DNA of 64,000 nt, taken from positions 248,001 to 312,000 of the forward strand of contig JBHGNT010000003.1 of assembly GCA_043228905.1 (NCBI GenBank), written 5' to 3'. Below the pieces are notes generated by a model that was not told where the DNA came from, ran no database searches, and worked only from the letters and a program-made list of their open reading frames with translations. Shown piece after piece: positions 51,795-60,765 of this stretch; the stretch's first letter is position 1; the number at the start of each line of letters is the position of its first letter. A program made the translations under genes and the position numbers. The DNA is from Azolla caroliniana (taxonomy: Eukaryota > Plantae > Polypodiophyta).

Positions 51795-54700
51795 TGTTGG
51801 GAATCAACGCTTCGATTCACCTTCTTCGCTCGGCCACAACCGAGTAATCGCGGATCAATGCAGCAGAAAATAGAAACCAAAGAGAGAAACACACGAGTAC
51901 ACAGGGATTAACGTGGAAAACCCTAGATGGGAAAAAACCACGGGAGTACAAGACTCCAAACAACACTATACAAAGAGAAGTATACAATGACGAGCTCCAA
52001 GGCGACGACCTTGAGCTCGCTGTCCTCGTCACAGGCGGCGGAAATACACAGAGGCGTCGTCCTCTTCCTCTCTCGCGCTCTATCTCTCTCTCTCTCACGG
52101 CTGCTCCCTCTTCACTCCTCTTGAGTGGAAAAACAGAAAAATGATCAGCCACATAAAAACTGTTTGCCCTAAGTCATATTTATACACATATGACTTTGGG
52201 GCTATTTACAACTGTAGCCTCAGGGGCCCATAGCGAACATATTCACGGATATGTCCCTGCATCCGGATCGCTCTCCGGGTACATTCGTCATCCGGCACCG
52301 AAGCCGGGGTCTTCGTCATCCGGATCCGAAACCGAAACCGAAACCGGGCTCGTCGGCATTCATCTCCGACATCCGACCATCCCATCCGAAGGGACCGTAA
52401 TTCCAACAAACTCCCCCTTCACTTCGGCATGGGATGTCTCTCCAATCCGATCCTCTTCCGGCATGCTTCCAGCTTGTCGGGTGTGAGGACCTTGGTCAGC
52501 ATATCCGACCCGTTCTCGTCCGTGTGGATCTTTGTCAGCACGAACTCCTTGTCTTCTATCCTTTCCCGGATCCAGTGATATCTTCGCTGGATGTGCTTCG
52601 TCCGGGAGTGATAGGCCGCGTTCTTCGCAAGGTGGATTGCACTCTGACTGTCGCAGTAGAGTCGGTACTCCTCCTGCCGGATACCGAGCTCTCTAATGAA
52701 GTCCTTCATCCATATTATTTCCTTGCCGGCTTCAACAGCTGCCATGTACTCCGCCTCCGTGGTTGACAACGCAACCGTCTTCTGCAGCCTCGACTGCCAC
52801 GAAACAGCTCCCCCTGCATACGTCATCACATACCTTGATGTGGACCGGCTGGTATCTGCATCAGCCGACATATCCGAATCGGTGAAACCGTCGAGTTCGG
52901 GTTTACCGGAGCCGAATCGGAGGCACACATTCGCTGTGCCCTTCAGGTATCGGAGTATCCACTTGACCGCGTTCCAATGCTCTTTGCCGGGATTGCTCAT
53001 GTACCGGCTCACCACTCCGACTGCATATCCGATGTCCGGTCTCGTACACACCATGGCGTACATCAAGCTCCCGACGGCTGAGGCATACGACACTTTCATC
53101 ATATCCTCCTTTTCAGCCTTTGTCTTGGGACATTGCTTGCTGGACAGCTTGCAGTTTGTCGGGAGGGACGATCCGACCGGTCTCGCTTCCGACATGTTGA
53201 ATCGGTGAAGCACCTTCGTCACGTACTTTTCTTGTGACAGCCACAACTGCTTCTTCTTCCGGTCCCGTATGATGTGCATCCCTAGTATTTGCCTCGCCGG
53301 ACCCAGGTCCTTCATTGAGAAGGTTCGGTGAAGAGCCTTCTTCAGCATCCGTATCTTGATCTGGTCCCGTCCGACGATCAACATGTCGTCCACGTACAGG
53401 AGGAGTATGAGAAAGTCTCCTCCTTCGAACTTCTTCACAAACACGCAGTGGTCGGACTGCGTTTTGAGGTACCCTTCGTCGGTCATGAAGGAGTCGAACT
53501 TCCGGTACCATTGCCGGGGTGCCTGCTTCAGTCCGTAAAGGCTCTTCTTCAACCGACATACCAGGTGCTCCTTCCCTTTCTTCTCGAATCCTTCCGGTTG
53601 CTGCATGTAGATCTCTTCTTCGAGGTCACCGTGAAGGAATGCCGTCTTTACGTCCATCTGTTCTACCTCGAGGTCCATGCTTGCCGCTATGCTCAGCACC
53701 GTCCGGATGGAGGTCATCTGCACTACCGGGGCAAATATCTCGTCGAAGTCGACGCCCTTCTTTTGCTGAAACCCCTTCACCACGATCCTGGCTTTGTATC
53801 TCGGGGGGTTTCCGGCATCTCCCGGTTTCAGCTTGAACACCCACTTGTTTCGAAGTGCCCGCTTTCCTTTCGGCAACTCCACAAGTTCATATGTGTGGTT
53901 CTCATGCAGGGAATCCATCTCGTCCTGCATGGCACTCAACCACCTGCGACTCTGGGTGTCATGCTTTGCTTCTTCAAAGCTCTCCGGCTCCCCCTCGTCG
54001 GTTAGCAGCACGTGCTCTGGTTCCGGAAATCTCCGGGGGGCCCTTCTCTCTCTTAGAGGATATCTCCGTTCCGGAGCTTCGGTAACCGGTTCTTCCGATT
54101 CTTCTTCATCCGAATCCATTTCGGGATCGGGGCCGGTTCCGGTATCGTTTTCATCTTCTTCGGCCGGTTCTGTTTCTTCACCGTCTTCGGCCGGATCCTC
54201 GAGTGCTAACCGGTCCCTTGCCGGTCGGGACTGCTCCTCGTAGAGTTGATCCTCACCGGTCGACTTGGAGCTCTTCACCTTCTTCTCCGACTCCCAGTCG
54301 GCGAGTGTCTTGTCCTCCATGAAGATGATGTCTCGACTCCTGAATATCTTCTTGTCGACCGGGTCCCATACTCGGTAGCCGAACTCGTCATCGCCGTAAC
54401 CGAGGAATATGCATGGCCGGGTCTTTGGATCTAGCTTTCCTCTCCGGTCCTTTGCTACATGCACGTATGCGAGACACCCGAACACCTTCAGATGCCGGTA
54501 GGACACTTCCTTACCGGTCCACACTTTCTGCGGCGTGTCTCCGTCCAAAGGTACTGAGGGTGATCTGTTTATCACGTATGTCGCCGTCGACATTGCCTCA
54601 GCCCAAAACCCCTTGGGTAATTTCGCATGCGCCAGCATACTCCGGACCCTCTCCATTATGGTCCGGTTCATCCTCTCGGCCAGCCCGTTCAGTTTCGGCG

Positions 54701-57130
54701 TCTTCGGCACAGTAAACTCGAGTCGGATTCCCTTCGAGCGACAGTACTCCTGGAACTGCCCCCGGTATTCCCCTCCGTTATCCGCTCGTATCGCTTTCAG
54801 CTTCTTGCCGGATTCCCTTTCCACTCTCGCGTGGAGTTCTTTGAAGACGCACAACACTTGGTCCTTTGTCTTCAACGGTGCCGTCCACAGCTTCCGGCTA
54901 TGATCATCAATGAATGTTACGAAGTACTGGGCTCCGCCATGTGACTTCGTTTCTACCTGACACACATCAGTGTGCACCAACTCCAATGGTGCGCTACGTC
55001 TCGTCGGTGGCCTTGAGTGGAAGGAGGTTCGGTTCTGCTTACCGGCCAGGCAATCGGTGCACTTCTCCAGGTGCACATGCTTCACCGGAATAAGGTTGTC
55101 TTCTGCAAGCCTCTTCATCCCCTTCTCACTCATGTGGCACAGTCTTTTGTGCCACAGCTCACCGGCAGTGTCGGCTGCCACATTCAGCTCTTCCGGACAT
55201 AACCGGGCATTCATCAGGTACAGTGTGTTGACTTTCCGGGCCCGAGCCACTATCAGGCTCCCCTTGCTGAACTTCATTACGCCGTTCCGGATGCTACCTG
55301 TGTAGCCTTCATCGTCTAGCCTCCCGGCCGAAATCAGGTTCAATCGAACCTCCGGAACGTGTCGGACATCCTTCAGCAGCATTTTGCATCCGGTCGGGGT
55401 TGTCAACCACACGTCTCCGATGCCGGCAATCCGGCACGTACCTTCATTTCCCATCCGAACACAGCCATGCTCACCGGCTGTGTAGGATGAGAAGTATCTT
55501 CTCTCCGGGGTCAGGTGGAACGATGCTCCGGAATCGACCACCCAGGGCGTCTCATCGCCGACAATGTTTAGCTCACCTTCTTCGGTGATGAGCATGATTT
55601 CTTCCTCACTTGCCGCGAGTGCCGTCGTTCCTTTCCGGTCCTGCCCTCGCCGATCCGAATCTCTCCGGTCCGTGGCTCCCCGGTATGCACCGTTTCTCTC
55701 CGGTGACTTCTTCGAATCGGTGTCGTCGGCTCCGTTGTCTTTTCGGTAATGCCGACAATTCTTTCGGAAGTGCCCCGGCTTCCCACAGTGGAAGCATGTG
55801 GGCCTTCCTCTTGACTGCGACCGGGTCCCCGACTTCTCCCGTCTTTGCGGACTCCGGTTCCATTGTCTTCCCCGATCCGATTCGGTAAGCAGCGCCTTCG
55901 AGTCGGAGGCCGGTTCTTTATCTCTCCGACGCGCTTCTTCGTTCAGAATACTTGTCTTTACCGTTTGTAGGGACAAGTTATCTTCGGTGCAGGAGGTGCT
56001 GAGAGTCACCACCAAGTTCTCCCAGCTTTCCGGCAATGTACACATCAGGATGATGGCTTGCATTGCATCCTCCAGCGGGAACTTGATCGCCGCAAGCTGA
56101 TTCACGAATCCCATGAACGTGCTTACGTGTTCCACCATACTCTCGCCGTCCCGGTACTTGAGATTCACTATCTTCCTCATCAGGGAGGTCCGGTTCAACG
56201 CATTCTTCCTCTCGTAGAGGCCCGACAGCTTCTTCCACATCTCATATGCGTTGGTGTCGTTTGCCACATGTTGTAGGACGCTCACGTCGACGTATTGCCG
56301 AATGGTTGCAACGGCTTTCCGGTTCAGAAGCCTCCATTCCGACTCAAGTACCCCTTTCGGTATTTCCGACCTGTCAATCGGTTCGTACAGGTCCCGAACA
56401 ATCAGAAGATCCTCCATCTTGATCTTCCAGTCGGCGTAATTTTGCGCATTCAACACCATCATCCCCGGCTGCCCACTGCCGCCGCCTTCCATTTTCTGCA
56501 GCAGTTCGCTCTGATACCAGTTTGTTGGGAATCAACGCTTCGATTCACCTTCTTCGCTCGGCCACAACCGAGTAATCGCGGATCAATGCAGCAGAAAATA
56601 GAAACCAAAGAGAGAAACACACGAGTACACAGGGATTAACGTGGAAAACCCTAGATGGGAAAAAACCACGGGAGTACAAGACTCCAAACAACACTATACA
56701 AAGAGAAGTATACAATGACGAGCTCCAAGGCGACGACCTTGAGCTCGCTGTCCTCGCCACAGGCGGCGGAAATACACAGAGGCGTCGTCCTCTTCCTCTC
56801 TCGCGCTCTATCTCTCTCTCTCTCACGGCTGCTCCCTCTTCACTCCTCTTGAGTGGAAAAACAGAAAAATGATCAGCCACATAAAAACTGTTTGCCCTAA
56901 GTCATATTTATACACATATGACTTTGGGGCTATTTACAACTGTAGCCTCAGGGGCCCATAGCGAACATATTCACGGATATGTCCCTGCATCCGGATCGCT
57001 CTCCGGGTACATTCGTCATCCGGCACCGAAGCCGGGGTCTTCGTCATCCGGATCCGAAACCGAAACCGGGCTCGTCGGCATTCATCTCCGACATCCGACC
57101 ATCCCATCCGAAGGGACCGTAATTCCAACA
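51795..57130 (-). mobile_element. Intact Ty1/copia (Tnt1/Tork-like); LTRs 51795-52408 and 56523-57130; TSD AGAAA
   Basis: TGTTGG...CCAACA LTRs of 614 and 608 bp (one CCGAAA unit differs); PBS TGGTATCAGAGC at 56519-56508; PPT; AGAAA at 51790-51794 and 57131-57135. Confidence 0.98.
52419..56492 (-). CDS. Copia gag-pol polyprotein, 1357 aa, uninterrupted
   Basis: Same domain motifs as 28452-32498; nearly identical protein. Confidence 0.98.
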   Translation of the reverse strand: MEGGGSGQPGMMVLNAQNYADWKIKMEDLLIVRDLYEPIDRSEIPKGVLESEWRLLNRKAVATIRQYVDVSVLQHVANDTNAYEMWKKLSGLYERKNALNRTSLMRKIVNLKYRDGESMVEHVSTFMGFVNQLAAIKFPLEDAMQAIILMCTLPESWENLVVTLSTSCTEDNLSLQTVKTSILNEEARRRDKEPASDSKALLTESDRGRQWNRSPQRREKSGTRSQSRGRPTCFHCGKPGHFRKNCRHYRKDNGADDTDSKKSPERNGAYRGATDRRDSDRRGQDRKGTTALAASEEEIMLITEEGELNIVGDETPWVVDSGASFHLTPERRYFSSYTAGEHGCVRMGNEGTCRIAGIGDVWLTTPTGCKMLLKDVRHVPEVRLNLISAGRLDDEGYTGSIRNGVMKFSKGSLIVARARKVNTLYLMNARLCPEELNVAADTAGELWHKRLCHMSEKGMKRLAEDNLIPVKHVHLEKCTDCLAGKQNRTSFHSRPPTRRSAPLELVHTDVCQVETKSHGGAQYFVTFIDDHSRKLWTAPLKTKDQVLCVFKELHARVERESGKKLKAIRADNGGEYRGQFQEYCRSKGIRLEFTVPKTPKLNGLAERMNRTIMERVRSMLAHAKLPKGFWAEAMSTATYVINRSPSVPLDGDTPQKVWTGKEVSYRHLKVFGCLAYVHVAKDRRGKLDPKTRPCIFLGYGDDEFGYRVWDPVDKKIFRSRDIIFMEDKTLADWESEKKVKSSKSTGEDQLYEEQSRPARDRLALEDPAEDGEETEPAEEDENDTGTGPDPEMDSDEEESEEPVTEAPERRYPLRERRAPRRFPEPEHVLLTDEGEPESFEEAKHDTQSRRWLSAMQDEMDSLHENHTYELVELPKGKRALRNKWVFKLKPGDAGNPPRYKARIVVKGFQQKKGVDFDEIFAPVVQMTSIRTVLSIAASMDLEVEQMDVKTAFLHGDLEEEIYMQQPEGFEKKGKEHLVCRLKKSLYGLKQAPRQWYRKFDSFMTDEGYLKTQSDHCVFVKKFEGGDFLILLLYVDDMLIVGRDQIKIRMLKKALHRTFSMKDLGPARQILGMHIIRDRKKKQLWLSQEKYVTKVLHRFNMSEARPVGSSLPTNCKLSSKQCPKTKAEKEDMMKVSYASAVGSLMYAMVCTRPDIGYAVGVVSRYMSNPGKEHWNAVKWILRYLKGTANVCLRFGSGKPELDGFTDSDMSADADTSRSTSRYVMTYAGGAVSWQSRLQKTVALSTTEAEYMAAVEAGKEIIWMKDFIRELGIRQEEYRLYCDSQSAIHLAKNAAYHSRTKHIQRRYHWIRERIEDKEFVLTKIHTDENGSDMLTKVLTPDKLEACRKRIGLERHPMPK

Positions 57131-60098
57131 AGAAACGCGTCAGTGCACCTTCGAGAGTTTGAAGAACGCTTCGCACGACTTTCGGCGCTGGACCGGACTG
57201 TGCTGGACACGAGTGGTGTCCTATTGTTCGTTAAATCGGTGGACGCAAGGGATCGGGAGCAAGTGGGCTTCCTGATGGAGACCGAGAACGGCCTAACAAC
57301 CGACTGGGCCGTGGTAAAGAGAGTCTTCGGCCGCTTTGACAAACGGCGTGATTGGGTCGATAAAGGCTCGACGGGGGCGGGTTCTGTTGCGACAAGGAAG
57401 GTTGAGGTACCCCCACCGGCGCAAAGGGGAGAGACCCGAGACTGGCTCGAGACCGGCTTGACTTCGACCGGCATTGTCAAAGGCTTGTCCAGAGGAATGG
57501 CTTTGGAGGAGCTGACTCAGATGGTGAGGGACCTCCAGATCACGCAAGCACGGAGGGATGGCGACGAACAAGTCTGTGACCGAAGGCCTCTGGTTGGGAG
57601 CCGGTGCTTGTGGTGCGACGCGGTCGGCCATGCCCGAAAGGACTGCGGCGACTTCGCCGAAGCGATAAGAGCTAACGTGGTGTACCTATGGAATGGTCGG
57701 GTGCACGCTAGCGAGACCTGGAGGGCCCTAGATCTGAATGTCGGACGAGGGGGTATGAAACGGCTGATGGAAGAAGCGGTGGCTCGTCATGCGGAGACCA
57801 TCCACTACTCGGCGTCAGCTGGAATCCGGGTCGGAAGCGATGAAGAACGGAAGACGAAAGAAGCCGGATTTTGGCCGGTGGTGTTGGAAGGCCTCGCCGG
57901 CGTATGGCTGAGGAAAGAGGAAGCAGACCGCGCGGAAAGACGGGTCCGGGAGGTAATCGGGTGGAGTGACCCGGTCGAAGAGAAGACGGGCTTCGTGGAA
58001 GCCGCGTGCCAGAACTACGAGGTTTTGGTGGAAGACAAGCGAGCGGGAAAGACTGTGGGGGCCGGACCCTCGCAACGGTATGAGACCCGGTTCGGGATGA
58101 AGCAGAGTGATGTAGGTGCCTCCGGCGCGCCGGACAAGGCCAAGAAGGCCGGTTATTGGTTGAGCACGGAGATCGAAAGGATCACGGACGTACGGAAGGT
58201 CCTAGAGGAACGGATCCTCGACAACAAAGTGGAGCTGTTGTTGAGGGAAGTGCTCGGTATCGCCAAGAAGGAGTTCCACGACTCCATCGTAGACTTGGTA
58301 AAGCGGAAAAGGCTTTCAACGGAACAGGAGCCGGTGGAGGTGCGAACGACGCATCTAGAAGACATGGCCCTGGAGGACGAGTTGGCGGAAAGCCATTACT
58401 CAAGGCTACATTGGGCTAGGGCCACTACGGAAACCCTTGTTCGGATCGGGGACGTTCAGGAGCCGGTGGTAGCGTTGGTAGACCACGGTTCGGAGATCAA
58501 CCTGATGTCCATGGACTTCTACAAGAAGGGAAAGTGGTCGATCAACACCAAGCACAGGTGGAAGATATGGGCAACAACGCACACCACAGAAGAGCTACAT
58601 GGAGCCTGCCGAATGTACGAGTGAAAATCGGCGACGTTGAGATCGACCAACACTTCTTCGTGCAGGAGACGTCCTCGCATCTGGTGATACTCGGAGACTG
58701 TACATCACGGTGGCGCGCATGGAGACAAAGGTGCTGGACAACGGTTCGGCATATGCACGAGTCAAAGGCCAGGATGGGCGTCACTCGGTCCAGTTCCTGA
58801 CGGTGCGACCAAATCATGAGCGTAACCGCGAGACCCTCGGTGCCGAAAACCGAGGGGATTTTTAGAGAGGGCTATCAAGGCGTGGGGCCGCGATAGTCTG
58901 GACACCCCGGAAAAACCCCACAGATGTACTATGGGCGAAAAGACCTGTACCATAGGTAGGAAATTTTGGTTTTCTGATAGCGGTGGTTGTACGGTAGCCA
59001 GCGTAGTTGGCTGGGAAAAGAAACGGGCGGAGGAGTCCTCGGGCCTGAAGAAGAAATTAGCGGAGCCGTGGAGGCGGTCTCTTTCGACGACACCTTGGGG
59101 AAGTTATGGGAGGTGTTCGGAGAAGGCCTTAATGTGGACCGGACGATTCTGGTATGCTCGGAAAAGATGTACGAAGTCATCGCCGCCTTCGGTAGTGGAC
59201 TCGAGTCGGATCGGACGGCCCGAGTGGATACGAAGTACAAGACTGTGGACCGGAAGGTGAGGCCAGTCGCGGCACCCTTGCATGAGGGCCGCGAGTTACG
59301 GATAAAGGGGGTCCTGTCGGACCCAAGCTTACGAGATCCGGCCAACATAGGACACACGTTCACCGACATAATGCTAAGGGAGCTCAAGAGTTGTGGGGGT
59401 GATTTTCTACTGTCGGCGGAAGAGGACCGGTTTCGGAGAATGCTCGGGAGGCACGAGAAAGCTTTTGCATTCTCACCGGAGGAGATCGGGTGCGTAGACC
59501 CGAAGGTTGTGGAACTGATGGTGATCTTCACGGTACCGCATGTGCCGTGGAATCTCAAGTCGATTCTGGTACCCAGAGCTCACATCCTGAAGCTGATGGA
59601 GCTGCTGAAATAGAAGGTGGAGATGGGCATCCTCGAACCGTCGAGTGCCCCATATTCGAATCGGTGGTTTACAGTGCCGAAGAAGAATGGCACACTGCGC
59701 TTCATACAGGACCTAACAAGTTCACGTTCACAAGTGGAAGGATTGCGCATTCCACTTGTAGAATCTTCTTAAAACGAAGCAAATACACCCTACCCTCTCT
59801 ACAAAAATTGGATGCACTAGTATCACATATTCCTCAACTTGATGAGAATTTGCAAATATAAAAATACATGATAGATCTACGAGTGGAGATCATTAGAAAT
59901 CATGCAAGTTTAGACACGTTGATAAGTTAATGTAGGCATAATAAAGTTCAACTATGGCTCAATATGTCACTACTGTGCGACAAGGGAAACACTAACTTAA
60001 AGACTTATATTAATTAGGTAAGTTTTACAAAAATATCAGGTGTACTTGTATCCATACTAATAAAATGAGTTATAATTTATACTTTGACCCATACGTGC

Positions 60099-60372
60099 AT
60101 GTATGTAATTGTGGAAAATGTAGGATAGTGCACATTAGGATAAGTGATTGGAATAACTAACTTATTAAAGTATTCATTACTTGTATTTAAAGTTGATCTA
60201 ATCTATTCCTCAGTTTGTTCATATGGGATCAAACCATATGTATATAATTGTGGACAATGTAAGGCAATGAACTTTAGGATAATGTCGTGGAAATAACAAA
60301 CCTATTAGGCTTTCATACCTGTATTTAAAATTGATCTACTCTATTGCTTAGGTGATTCACACAGGATCAAAC
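60099..60372. repeat. Two diverged ~139-bp tandem units downstream of the methyltransferase gene
   Basis: ATGTA..TAATTGTGGA.AATGTA...TGTATTTAAA.TTGATCTA...GGATCAAAC occurs twice (60099, 60238). Confidence 0.7.
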
Positions 60373-60765
60373 TCCGAACGATAACGCAACTGGAACCATT
60401 ATCAACACACTACACAATCTAAGCATCAATGGAATAGAAACATAATAGTTTTAACAATAGAAGACAAAGATCCATAATAACAACATGGACAATCATGGCA
60501 ACAATTATAGGGCCATGTTCTGTTAAGGTTAGGTTGGACCAAAATCAACCTCAATTTAAACTAATTCATGTTTCTCCATAAATTTGGTAGTCAGTTATGC
60601 ACGCGGTGAAACCAATGTCATAAATCTACTAGCCAAGTATATAAAAATAAAATTGAAACATATAGAAGATTATAAAGAATAGAATCCACTAGGTAAAACC
60701 CAAAATTTGTATTAATAATGTGAAATCCTAACAAATCGTCAGTGTCATTTTCTTCATAGAGTCTA

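Larger units (their letters stand above)
50684..59714 (+). mobile_element. 3'-truncated non-chromovirus Ty3/gypsy: 5' LTR ~50684-51364, PBS, gag, protease and RT start; split by a copia
   Basis: PBS TGGTGAACCCCACGTGA at 51369. The gag frame KGRN|ASVHLREF rejoins across the copia. CLWCDAVGHARKDC knuckle, VDHGSEINLM protease, YSNRWFTVPKKNGTLRFIQDL RT start; frameshifts and a stop at 59611. Confidence 0.88.

Noticed and set aside
56918-58624. 568-aa ORF as a novel gene
   Set aside because: Chance fusion of antisense copia LTR sequence (to 57130) with the interrupted gypsy gag-protease frame.
59713-59760. Helitron 3' terminus
   Set aside because: A hairpin is present, but the end reads TTAG rather than CTRR and is not followed by T; unsupported.
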